From NCBI GenBank assembly GCA_016839585.1, contig JAEOTZ010000056.1, positions 1-64,000 on the forward strand: DNA of 64,000 bases, given 5' to 3'. Position numbers and translations under genes: made by a program. The notes below the pieces were generated by a model, which worked only from the letters and a program-made list of their open reading frames with translations, made no database searches and was not told the DNA's origin. Shown piece by piece: positions 48,909-58,073 of the stretch (position 1 is the first letter of the stretch; every line of letters begins with the position of its first letter). Source of the DNA: Promethearchaeota archaeon. Its GTDB lineage: Archaea; Asgardarchaeota; Lokiarchaeia; Sigyniarchaeales; SOKP01.

Positions 48909-49400
48909 CTAAGGCATTTCTAGAACAGATTTCCAAGCAGATATTTCCTTTTCCTTATCAATGTGAAAGGTTTTATCAATTTTTTCCCAGTTGATTTGGT
49001 TTAAAACCCCGCCCACAAAATTATCATTTATGGCATGAGCGATTCCTTTAATATATTCATCATTATCACTATAAATGTTAATTCTAAGGACATGATTAGT
49101 TCCTTTCCTTGCATTAAATGCTGACACTCTAGCATCGACTTCTACAAATACCCATATTTCAGGTGCTAAATAATATATTTGCTTTTTGCGGGATGGTTTT
49201 GATTTGCCCATTTTTGTGGAATCATCTACGGAACTAAGATAGTCCCATATTTCATCAACAGTATCGGGAATAAAAGTATCGGTCATAAGATCCATTGAAT
49301 GCCGAGCTTTATTAGCACCGGCATATAACACAGTTTTAGGAAAATTAAGAAGATTATTTTTTTCTGCAATTTTACGTAGTTTTTTTCCTATGTTCAACAC
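48909..49400 (-). CDS. hypothetical protein
   Basis: 163-aa ORF with a GAGGTG SD/start context. Confidence 0.65.
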   Translation of the reverse strand: MLNIGKKLRKIAEKNNLLNFPKTVLYAGANKARHSMDLMTDTFIPDTVDEIWDYLSSVDDSTKMGKSKPSRKKQIYYLAPEIWVFVEVDARVSAFNARKGTNHVLRINIYSDNDEYIKGIAHAINDNFVGGVLNQINWEKIDKTFHIDKEKEISAWKSVLEMP

Positions 49401-49560
49401 CTCTAATATTTATTTATTTTAAGTTGATATAATTTTAATTTCTCATATATTTAAGCATTTTATCTATTCATATTTCATATCCATAATTTTTAATAGATTA
49501 ACATTTAATAATAATCTCAACTTAATTTAGCATATACCTAGAAAGCTAGAGGGTTTTAAA

Positions 49561-50358
49561 ATGAAATTTATTGATTTGTCTATACCCATCTACAATGAAA
49601 CTTTAGGCGAAATGCCTATAATGGCACCTCACATAGAATATAGCGATCATGATACTGGCGCTGAACAGATGTCTTTTATATATCCAAAAATAAAACCAGA
49701 TCAGCATTTACCTCTCGGGAAAGGTTGGGCAACAGAAACAGTTACATTAGGTACACATAGTGGAACGCATATGGATGCGCCGTGGCATTATGCCCCAATT
49801 CAAGATAGAGAAATTGGAGAAAAAAAAGTAATGACAATTGATGAGATTCCCCTAGAATGGTGCATTGGTCCGCTCATTGTGTTAGATTTAAAAGACAAAG
49901 AAGACGGATATGTTATGACACCTGAAGATATAGACCAAAAGTTAGATGATATAGGGCATAAATTACAGGAGGGAGATATTTTGTGCCTTAATACTAATGC
50001 CGCTAAATATTTTGGAACTCCAAAATACATGTATTATGGAGCGGGAGTAGGAAAAGAGGGAACTTTGCATATAGTAAGGCATGGAGTTCATGTCGTAGGA
50101 ACAGACGCGTGGTCGTGGGATCCACCACTACCATTAACAGCAAAAAAATGGAAGACAACAGTAAAAGCTAAAAATCCTGATCCTTCTATAATTTGGGAAG
50201 GTCACTTTGCCGGGATTGAATTAGGATATTTTCAAATGGAAAAATTGACCAATTTAGATAAAGTGCCTCCCGTTGGGGCAATAATTTATTGTTTTCCCAT
50301 TAAAATTGCGAAAGCTAGTGCTGGTTGGGTTAGGGCTGTTGCTACAATTCCCGAATAA
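49561..50358 (+). CDS. cyclase-family (kynurenine formamidase-like) metallohydrolase
   Basis: IDLS.PI, THSGTHMDAPWH, VGTDAWSWD, H.......MEKLTNL, FPIKI..ASAGWVRAVA. Confidence 0.9.
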   Translation: MKFIDLSIPIYNETLGEMPIMAPHIEYSDHDTGAEQMSFIYPKIKPDQHLPLGKGWATETVTLGTHSGTHMDAPWHYAPIQDREIGEKKVMTIDEIPLEWCIGPLIVLDLKDKEDGYVMTPEDIDQKLDDIGHKLQEGDILCLNTNAAKYFGTPKYMYYGAGVGKEGTLHIVRHGVHVVGTDAWSWDPPLPLTAKKWKTTVKAKNPDPSIIWEGHFAGIELGYFQMEKLTNLDKVPPVGAIIYCFPIKIAKASAGWVRAVATIPE

Positions 50359-50387
50359 ATATTGAATTAAATTAGAAAAAAAAAATT

Positions 50388-52610
50388 TTATTCTTCTTCT
50401 TTAAATATATCTTCTACTAATTTGGCATCATCTTTAAAGTAAATGAGGGCACCACTCCATTCTTTCAGCACTTCTGAGTATTTTTCTTCAAAGGTTTTGA
50501 CAAATTCTTTTAAGTGTCCTCTTACTTCCGCACTTTCATTTCCTTTTATAAAGAGAGCGCCAAAAATACGTTGACCATACTCTAAAAGAATTGTAATGTC
50601 GCCATGGTCAATTTTTTTCAATACTTCGGTAGATTTAGTCATTTCTTTAATAAACGAAGTAATTGCTGAAAACATTCCTGATACTAGTCCCGGATCTTGG
50701 GTAGATTCTCTAACAAAAGGATAATTAAATATTCCCCGACCATCATCATAAATTATATATAATCCTTGTTTTTCTACTCTTTCATAAGTGAAAGAAAATT
50801 CAGGTTTCCAGATACTTATTAGATTATTAAAAAAGAGATATTTAAGAGTAAAGAACAGTCTCTTTTTTTCATTTTCATCTATTGGTTTAAGCTGCTCTAA
50901 TAATGTATCCTTTTCCAAAATACTCAATAAAACCTTAATTTCTTCTCGTTCTTGTTCAATATCCTTTAAATCTATATCTGGTTTTTTCGCAATTAGGTAT
51001 TGAATTTCTCCTTCAGAATAATCTTTGTATGTGATATAATCGCCAACTGAGGCAAATATTGTACTTTCTATTCGGCTTTCATCAATTGGGAATTTAATAC
51101 TTCTAAAATCCTTTTTAAGATAAAAAATTATCAAACCCCAAATGATTATATTGAACACATACCTTGTAAATAGATAAGGAACTGCCAAAAAACCTAATAA
51201 GCCAGAGAGATTAGCATCTAAGGCAGCGGTTCTAAAGGTATAAAAGTTGAATCCAAATATAGTAAAAAAACTTGTTTGACCTGTTATCCAGTATTCTTCT
51301 GGAGCAAAGTTAATCAGAGCTGGTGCTTGTAGAAACCCAAATAATATGGAAACTAGGATTATTACTGGCAAAAATGATGTAAAGCTTAAGAATAGACTTT
51401 TTAAATATTTTAAGGTATAAACCAAAAATATAATTATTATAATTAAAGGCACAACTTGTAAAGCAAAAAAATTGAAAATTACCATCGAATCAAATAGAAT
51501 TGAGTAGTTAAGAGTTGGATCCACAATATCAGGAATGAATTTTCCTGAATCAATAATAGAATCAGGATCTTCGAATGAAATAAGGTACATGGGATTAAAT
51601 GCGATCATATTTAAAAGTAGAAATATGAATACTGCCAAAAAACTAAATACTATTCCATAATAAAAGTTTGTAAAATTTGTTTTTCTAATTTTTTCTTTTT
51701 TATGTTTCCACCAATCTAATATTTTAATAAAGATGAGAAGAGCTATTGGTTCAAAGATATTAAGGAACAAAACGAAAATTATTGAAGCCATTATAAAATA
51801 TGCGAAGAAATAAAGCATTATTGGAATTGAATCTGTATATTGGACAATAAATAATAAGATAGATAAAATCGATATCGGTGCTCCTACTGAATAAAGACTT
51901 TTGTATGTATCTCTTCTCATATCCTCTCCAATATATCGACCCTTTAATGTAATTTGTGAGATATAAATTAACTCTATGCTTAAGATGAAGATTGCAAGAT
52001 ATACAAACAGAATTTCAAGAAACCACCCTAATGGTGTTTCACTGGTAAGCACTGGATCACTTTCTTTTCCTGTCACAGTTAAAATCACTTGTAAGAGATA
52101 AAGTGATATAGGCAAAAGTACAATCATTAGCTTTAGTATCTCTTTTTCCCTAGCCCAATTATTTTTTATTAATTCTTCTCGAATAAGTTTATAAGGACTG
52201 TCACTTAACTGGTAAGTTAATAGTGTTAAATTGAATTTAATAGGTCCTTCTTCTTTTCTTAACCGATTCCAAACATAAAAAATTGATAAAAAAGGGGCAA
52301 CAAAAAAAATGAACGGTAATGTAACTAAGGGGTAATAGGCAAATAAAGAAACTAACGACCCTAAATGAGAAAACATATATCCTAATCCAACTACATCATT
52401 TTGGCTTTCTAATTCTTCAGGATCTAGTTTTACTTGATAAATTATTGGAAGAACCCAGTATATCAAATAAAAAACTAAAATTCCAACATAAATTCTAAGA
52501 TATAGGTTTCTTATAGCTTTTTTTCGAATAAAGAAGTAGGGTATTAATAAAATTAAAATTGGAATTGCATTTACATATGTAGTAAATAAAATTTCAGGAG
52601 CATTCATCAT
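50388..52610 (-). CDS. multipass membrane protein with C-terminal longin-like domain
   Basis: About 11 hydrophobic helices, then GLYIIYDDGR..F..DPGLVSGMFSAITSFIKEM....LKKIDHGD..ILLEYG..GALF..LKEFV..FE.KY..L.EWSG. Confidence 0.7.
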   Translation of the reverse strand: MMNAPEILFTTYVNAIPILILLIPYFFIRKKAIRNLYLRIYVGILVFYLIYWVLPIIYQVKLDPEELESQNDVVGLGYMFSHLGSLVSLFAYYPLVTLPFIFFVAPFLSIFYVWNRLRKEEGPIKFNLTLLTYQLSDSPYKLIREELIKNNWAREKEILKLMIVLLPISLYLLQVILTVTGKESDPVLTSETPLGWFLEILFVYLAIFILSIELIYISQITLKGRYIGEDMRRDTYKSLYSVGAPISILSILLFIVQYTDSIPIMLYFFAYFIMASIIFVLFLNIFEPIALLIFIKILDWWKHKKEKIRKTNFTNFYYGIVFSFLAVFIFLLLNMIAFNPMYLISFEDPDSIIDSGKFIPDIVDPTLNYSILFDSMVIFNFFALQVVPLIIIIIFLVYTLKYLKSLFLSFTSFLPVIILVSILFGFLQAPALINFAPEEYWITGQTSFFTIFGFNFYTFRTAALDANLSGLLGFLAVPYLFTRYVFNIIIWGLIIFYLKKDFRSIKFPIDESRIESTIFASVGDYITYKDYSEGEIQYLIAKKPDIDLKDIEQEREEIKVLLSILEKDTLLEQLKPIDENEKKRLFFTLKYLFFNNLISIWKPEFSFTYERVEKQGLYIIYDDGRGIFNYPFVRESTQDPGLVSGMFSAITSFIKEMTKSTEVLKKIDHGDITILLEYGQRIFGALFIKGNESAEVRGHLKEFVKTFEEKYSEVLKEWSGALIYFKDDAKLVEDIFKEEE

Positions 52611-52689
52611 TATTCACATGTATTTTTTTATTAAATAAAATGTATTTAAAATAAAGTATGCAAATTTTAATATAATAATTTAGTTATTT

Positions 52690-53808
52690 TTGAATATTTT
52701 TAATTTTAATATGCCAAAGAATAATAAAATTGGAATTGTTGTTGATGATGACTTTGCTTCGAAGAATATTCCCCCATATCCACATCCAATCTTTCTTTCT
52801 TACGAAACTCCTCTTAGGATTAAATCTATTTTGACTCACTTTGAAAATAGAAAAATTTTCGATAATGAAAATATAATTAAACTAAAACCTAAACTAATAG
52901 ATGAATCAATAATTAACTTGGCTCATACAAAATATCATATTGATTCTATTAAAAATCTCTCAAATTTAGGTAGTGGCTTTCTTGGCGAAGAAATCTACAT
53001 CACAAAAGACACCTTTTTACTAGCAAAAAAAGCAATTGGAGGTACTATACAAGCAATTGAGAGTGTAATAAATCAAGATGTAAATCAATCGTTTGCTCTT
53101 ATAAGACCACCAGGACACCATGCTTTGAGAGAAAAGGCTTCTGGATTTTGTATATTTAATAATATAGCAAATTCAATTATATTTTTACGGGAAAAACTCA
53201 ATTATAAAAAAAAAATTGCAATTATTGATATTGATAGTCATTTTGGTGATGGATTAGTACAATATTTTTATGATGATCCAAATGTGCTTTATTTTTCTAT
53301 TCATGAATTTGATTTTGTAGAGGGAGAAATAGGTTTTATAAATGAATTAGGTGAGGGTGATGGTCTAGGCAAAAGTATTAACTTTCCAATACCAATGCAC
53401 TGTACAGATGATATATTTTTAGAATTTATGGACATACTTGAACCATTATTAAATGAATTTTGCCCTGATCTAATAATTATTGCTGCTGGATTTGATATGC
53501 ATTTCTCAGATCCAATAGGAAACTGTAGTTTAACATCTAATTCTTATTTCAAATTCACTAAGAGAATTTTAAAAATATCAAATGATATATGCATGGGCAA
53601 ATTAGTATTTGTTTTAGAAGGTGGCTATAATTTAATAGCATTACCATTCTGTGTCCATGCTGTCATAAATGCACTTTTAAATGAAGAATATGAACCACCC
53701 ACTTTTGAGAATATTGAATTCTTAGAAAAGTGTAAAATTGAAGATATAACTAAAATAAAAAATTCTTTAAAAAACTTATTAGCTAATTACTGGATTTCAA
53801 TACAATAA
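52690..53808 (+). CDS. histone deacetylase-family (class II-like) deacetylase
   Basis: ETPLR, RPPGHHA, GFCIFNN, DIDSHFGDG, SIH, AGFD.H..DP.G, LEGGY. Start possibly ATG 52711. Confidence 0.92.
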   Translation: MNIFNFNMPKNNKIGIVVDDDFASKNIPPYPHPIFLSYETPLRIKSILTHFENRKIFDNENIIKLKPKLIDESIINLAHTKYHIDSIKNLSNLGSGFLGEEIYITKDTFLLAKKAIGGTIQAIESVINQDVNQSFALIRPPGHHALREKASGFCIFNNIANSIIFLREKLNYKKKIAIIDIDSHFGDGLVQYFYDDPNVLYFSIHEFDFVEGEIGFINELGEGDGLGKSINFPIPMHCTDDIFLEFMDILEPLLNEFCPDLIIIAAGFDMHFSDPIGNCSLTSNSYFKFTKRILKISNDICMGKLVFVLEGGYNLIALPFCVHAVINALLNEEYEPPTFENIEFLEKCKIEDITKIKNSLKNLLANYWISIQ

Positions 53809-53823
53809 GAAAAAATTAAGAAA

Positions 53824-54225
53824 TTAAACAAATCTAGTTAGTTTTTGGGCGTACTCTTGCGAAATAAAAAGTGTATCCCTAGGTCCCACTTTTGGATTTA
53901 TATAGCAAATTAATGCTCCTGTTCCCCCGATAGGGATGGGACAAATAATAATATGCCCTTTTCCTGTTATATTCGTTCCTATTTTTCTTTCTTCTGTGTT
54001 TTCTACGATCATATATTTTATAGCCTGAATAGTAATATTTGTCATTCCTTTTTGACCAAGCTCTAGTTTAGTATTAAGCAACTCGTTAATCTGATCTAGA
54101 TCGTTAGAAACATCCCAGTTTTCAGTTTGAGTGAGTAGAATACCATCTTTATTTAAAATTGCTATCCCAAAAATATTTTGCTCTTCATTTAATAACTCAT
54201 CAATAATTACTTCTATTTCAGACAT
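53824..54225 (-). CDS. Lokiarchaeal profilin
   Basis: IIDELLN.E.N..GIAI..KDG...TQTENW..SNDL...IKYMIVENTEERKIGTNITGKGH..ICPIPIGG.GALI.Y.NP..GPRD matches the Loki profilin pattern from memory; start ATG 54225. Confidence 0.88.
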   Translation of the reverse strand: MSEIEVIIDELLNEEQNIFGIAILNKDGILLTQTENWDVSNDLDQINELLNTKLELGQKGMTNITIQAIKYMIVENTEERKIGTNITGKGHIIICPIPIGGTGALICYINPKVGPRDTLFISQEYAQKLTRFV

Positions 54226-54329
54226 TATAATTACCAAAATATTATATTATCAAATTATTATTTAATAAATAAATTATAAATTTAAATATACGTTTAAAAA
54301 TAATTTCAAATTTATGACGGTGAAATTGA

Positions 54330-54872
54330 TTGGCATTCAGAATGTGGAAAAAGGCAATACTTCTCTCTTTACGTGAAAAAAAGATATTCACAGTTTTTGC
54401 ATTGATATATACTATTTTAATATTTTTATCAAGTTTATTCATAGAATTGGGAATTGGGGGTCAATTAGGAGAATCTGCTCTATTTTTTATCTTGATCTTT
54501 TTTACTACTAGTTTAATTCTTTCTCTACTCTATGCTTGGATTTTGGTGTCTAGAAGAAGACGAGTTTGGGCTACATTCAAATGTATTGGTTATACAAATA
54601 AAAATATAATTATATTGGTATCAGGAATTATATTATTTACTACATTGATGGGATTTTTTATTGTAATTGAAGTTCTATTTCATTATGCTGCTATTGTCGC
54701 TTATCTAAATTCAGCAGAAATTAATTTAGATATTAAAATTTTAATAGGATTAGTCCCAGTTATTGTAACTAGTGGAATGTTCATATTTGTTCAACTAATT
54801 GCCCTTATTGTTGTTTATAGAAAAGTGTTAAAAGTAAGACCAATAATTGCATTAAAAAGAGTAGGAGGGTAA
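54330..54872 (+). CDS. minimal FtsX/MacB-like permease (4 TM, no extracytoplasmic domain)
   Basis: VSRRRRVWATFKCIGYT...I and KVLKVRPIIALK FtsX-family motifs. Confidence 0.75.
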   Translation: MAFRMWKKAILLSLREKKIFTVFALIYTILIFLSSLFIELGIGGQLGESALFFILIFFTTSLILSLLYAWILVSRRRRVWATFKCIGYTNKNIIILVSGIILFTTLMGFFIVIEVLFHYAAIVAYLNSAEINLDIKILIGLVPVIVTSGMFIFVQLIALIVVYRKVLKVRPIIALKRVGG

Positions 54873-54885
54873 GGAGGAAAAAGAA

Positions 54886-55578
54886 ATGGTATTTGCAAAA
54901 GATATTATGATTGAGGCAATTGATATAAATAAGGAATATAGACGGGCAGGAGCCATTATCAGAGCATTAGTAGATATAAATTTAAGAGTAAAGTCTGGGG
55001 AGTTTGTAATAGTACAAGGACCAACCGGGTGTGGAAAAAGTACTCTCCTTAATGTATTATCAGGTTTAGATTTGCCAGATTCGGGTAGAGTTATTTTTGA
55101 TGGGGAAAATATAGCACGAGCAACAGAAGATAGATTAAGTAAAATTCGGCGTCAAAAAATTGGTTTTGTATTCCAAGATTATAACCTTGTTAATTCATTA
55201 ACAGCAATCGAAAATATAGAAGCATTATTATGGCCGACAGTCTTAAGTAATAAAGAAATAGAAAATAGATCAATTGCAGCATTAAGAGATGTTAATCTTC
55301 TTGAACGTAAAGACCACCATCCTGTTCAACTAAGTGGTGGTGAAAAACAAAGGGTTGGATTAGCGAGGGCAATTATTCATAGACCTAGGGTTATCTTAGC
55401 AGATGAACCAACTGGAAATTTAGATCCTGAATCAGAAACACATGTAATGGAGTTATTAAAGAAAATTAATAAGGACACAGAAACAACAGTTATAGTAGTT
55501 ACTCATCGTACGCACTTGAATAAATATGCTGATAAAATTATTAAAATGGATAAGGGAAGAATTATTAAAATTGAATAA
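54886..55578 (+). CDS. LolD/MacB-type ABC ATPase
   Basis: GPTGCGKST, IGFVFQ.YNL, LSGGEKQRV..ARA, ILADEPTGNLD, VVTH; SD GGAGG. Confidence 0.92.
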   Translation: MVFAKDIMIEAIDINKEYRRAGAIIRALVDINLRVKSGEFVIVQGPTGCGKSTLLNVLSGLDLPDSGRVIFDGENIARATEDRLSKIRRQKIGFVFQDYNLVNSLTAIENIEALLWPTVLSNKEIENRSIAALRDVNLLERKDHHPVQLSGGEKQRVGLARAIIHRPRVILADEPTGNLDPESETHVMELLKKINKDTETTVIVVTHRTHLNKYADKIIKMDKGRIIKIE

Positions 55579-55802
55579 TATCTAATTCTGTTTTATTATC
55601 ATTTTTTTTGCTTGAATTTCTCAATCTATATATTTATCTATCAAATTTTTATAATCTGAAAATAGATAAAGATTTTTTTCTTAAATTATTGTATGTTCAA
55701 TAAGATAGATGGATTTTCAAAACAAAAATATAAATATATTAAGAGTTTTTGAAATACTATTAACTAAACTAAAATCAAAGTTTAAATTAAAAATTAGGTA
55801 GG

Positions 55803-56570
55803 GTGTTAAAAATCGGAAAAAAGCGTGTGATTCTATCAGGTTGTGCTGGAATGTGTTGTCTATTACCAATGGCATATATAAGTTTTCGGTTTCTAAATTT
55901 GACAGAAGGAGTTACTGGTGGATTATTGGAGAATTTTGAGGATGCTTTGGGTACATTGACGGGACTTATAGGTTTTGGTGGACCTTTTTTAGAAATTGTA
56001 GCTGGAGGTTTTATTGGAATGGCTATGATTTTTTTATTTCCTATTCATTGGTGTATATATTACCGCCCTGAAGATGTAGGGTTAATTATTGCGGTTACTG
56101 TTCCTTGGATTTTATCTTGTGCCATCACGAGTGGCTTATTTGCCCATTCTCCTCGAGGTGGTATTAACACTAGTCTTGCTATTGGTTTTGGATATATGAT
56201 TCCACTATCGATTATTTATCTAGTATTAGCTGTTGCATTTCCAATAGGTTCAGCAGTTTTAGATGGGTTATTATTGGGATTGGCAGACTTACCATTTTTA
56301 CTTGCTATACTTACGTCAATCTTTGAGGGCTGTTTGGTGGGGGCTGTTTTTGGAGCATTTATTGGTAGTTTGAAATATAAACCCGGGAAAGCAAAACCAA
56401 AGGTTAAAAAAGTTAGAGACAAAGAAGCCGAAATTTCAGAACCTACTTTTGAAAAATTAGGAAAAGTAGAAGAGGCAGAAACTATTTCACCTTTTTGTAC
56501 GAACTGCGGAGCTAAACTTGCTCCAGACGATGATTTTTGCACTAATTGTGGAAAAAAATCTAAAAAATAA
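55803..56570 (+). CDS. multipass membrane protein with C-terminal double zinc ribbon
   Basis: 5-6 Gly-rich TM helices; FCTNCGAKL..DDDFCTNCG. Confidence 0.75.
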   Translation: MLKIGKKRVILSGCAGMCCLLPMAYISFRFLNLTEGVTGGLLENFEDALGTLTGLIGFGGPFLEIVAGGFIGMAMIFLFPIHWCIYYRPEDVGLIIAVTVPWILSCAITSGLFAHSPRGGINTSLAIGFGYMIPLSIIYLVLAVAFPIGSAVLDGLLLGLADLPFLLAILTSIFEGCLVGAVFGAFIGSLKYKPGKAKPKVKKVRDKEAEISEPTFEKLGKVEEAETISPFCTNCGAKLAPDDDFCTNCGKKSKK

Positions 56571-56729
56571 TTTTTTTTAAATTACTTAATCTATTTTTAT
56601 CCACCTATTTTATTTATTATTAGATTTGATTTCCATAAATTAGATACTTATATTTTAATTCCAAGAAAAATATTATATTAAGTTATACCATTATATTAAT
56701 AATGAAAATTCAAACAATAAGATGATATT

Positions 56730-57761
56730 ATGCCGAAAGAGGTAAAAGGGGTATTATTTAGCCGTTTGGTTGTTTTAATTTCTATTGTTCTTATCCCTAT
56801 AATCACATTTTTAATCTATAATTTTGCTGGTTTTGAATTATGGTTTTCAAATGATCCAGATTTGGAGTTTTTGATTATTAACCTTTTATGTCCCTTAGTT
56901 TTTAGTATTTCATGGTTATTTTTCATAATTTTATTTGCTAACCGTTTTGCTGAAACTATCGATTCTACAGATAGAGTGGTGGGGGTAATTCCCTTAAGAT
57001 TGAAATTGTTTTATGGTATAAATGCCGTTTATATACTTCTTATTTTTGTATTTCCGTTAATCACACCTGTTGTTTCAGTTTTAACCTTTGCTTCCTTTGG
57101 GTGGCAATTAACAACCTTTAGAAAAGAACGATGGGAGGAGGACACGAAAGTTTCTTTATTAACTAAAATTATTATGATTATAGCTTCAATCATCCCTGTC
57201 TTCTGTGGAATCGTTATTATTCCAGAATATATTAAGTTATCAATATTTTTATTATGGGATATTTGGATTCCATTACTTGATCCGATTTACATAATCTCAT
57301 ATTGTTTATGTACAGCTCTAGCAATTGGATCATTATTTATCTTATTTGCTAATTCAGGCATAAGTGAATATGAGCAAATATTTGTAGATACTTCAAAAAC
57401 AAAAAAAATGATACAGATTAAAATTTTGGAAGTAGCTTTATTCGTTTTCTTCTTATTTTTGGCTTTTTATGAATTTGCTGTGATAGATCTATTCTATAAT
57501 GCTGGATTTATAATTGTTCTTATAGTCTCAATAGTCAACTATTTTAGTGGGAAACAGAAAACAAGTAAATTTCGAGGTCATGTGATGGGATATATTCTAG
57601 CTGCAATTTTTATGGGCTCCAATTTAATATTCATTTCGGATACAGCATTCTCAGATTTTATGAAAGTCTCGAGTCTTATCATCTCTGGAATATTGTTTAT
57701 TTTAGTATTTTTATATACATTCATTCACCTAGAGGAACCTGAACTAAAATATAATCACTAA
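56730..57761 (+). CDS. ~10-TM hypothetical membrane protein
   Basis: Continuous hydrophobic helices. Confidence 0.75.
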   Translation: MPKEVKGVLFSRLVVLISIVLIPIITFLIYNFAGFELWFSNDPDLEFLIINLLCPLVFSISWLFFIILFANRFAETIDSTDRVVGVIPLRLKLFYGINAVYILLIFVFPLITPVVSVLTFASFGWQLTTFRKERWEEDTKVSLLTKIIMIIASIIPVFCGIVIIPEYIKLSIFLLWDIWIPLLDPIYIISYCLCTALAIGSLFILFANSGISEYEQIFVDTSKTKKMIQIKILEVALFVFFLFLAFYEFAVIDLFYNAGFIIVLIVSIVNYFSGKQKTSKFRGHVMGYILAAIFMGSNLIFISDTAFSDFMKVSSLIISGILFILVFLYTFIHLEEPELKYNH

Positions 57762-58073
57762 TTTTTTTTTATTTTTAATTTTAAGTTAATCCTGATATAT
57801 TCATGTTAAAAATTAAGCTGATTTCCTGAATATATTAAATTAGATTAAAAAAATATCATTTTAAAATAAGCGAGATTAATAAAAATATTTATTCTATTAA
57901 ATTTCGCCTCAATCGATAAGAATTTGTTGATTAAATATTTTACTTTAATATGAGTTAAATTATCCTAAAATTTTCTACTATATTAGAATATAAATTATTA
58001 AAAAGCTAAATTTTATTTATAATTTTAAGATTAAAATTAAAATTTATTTAAAAAAAATAAGGGTTAGAAAAAA

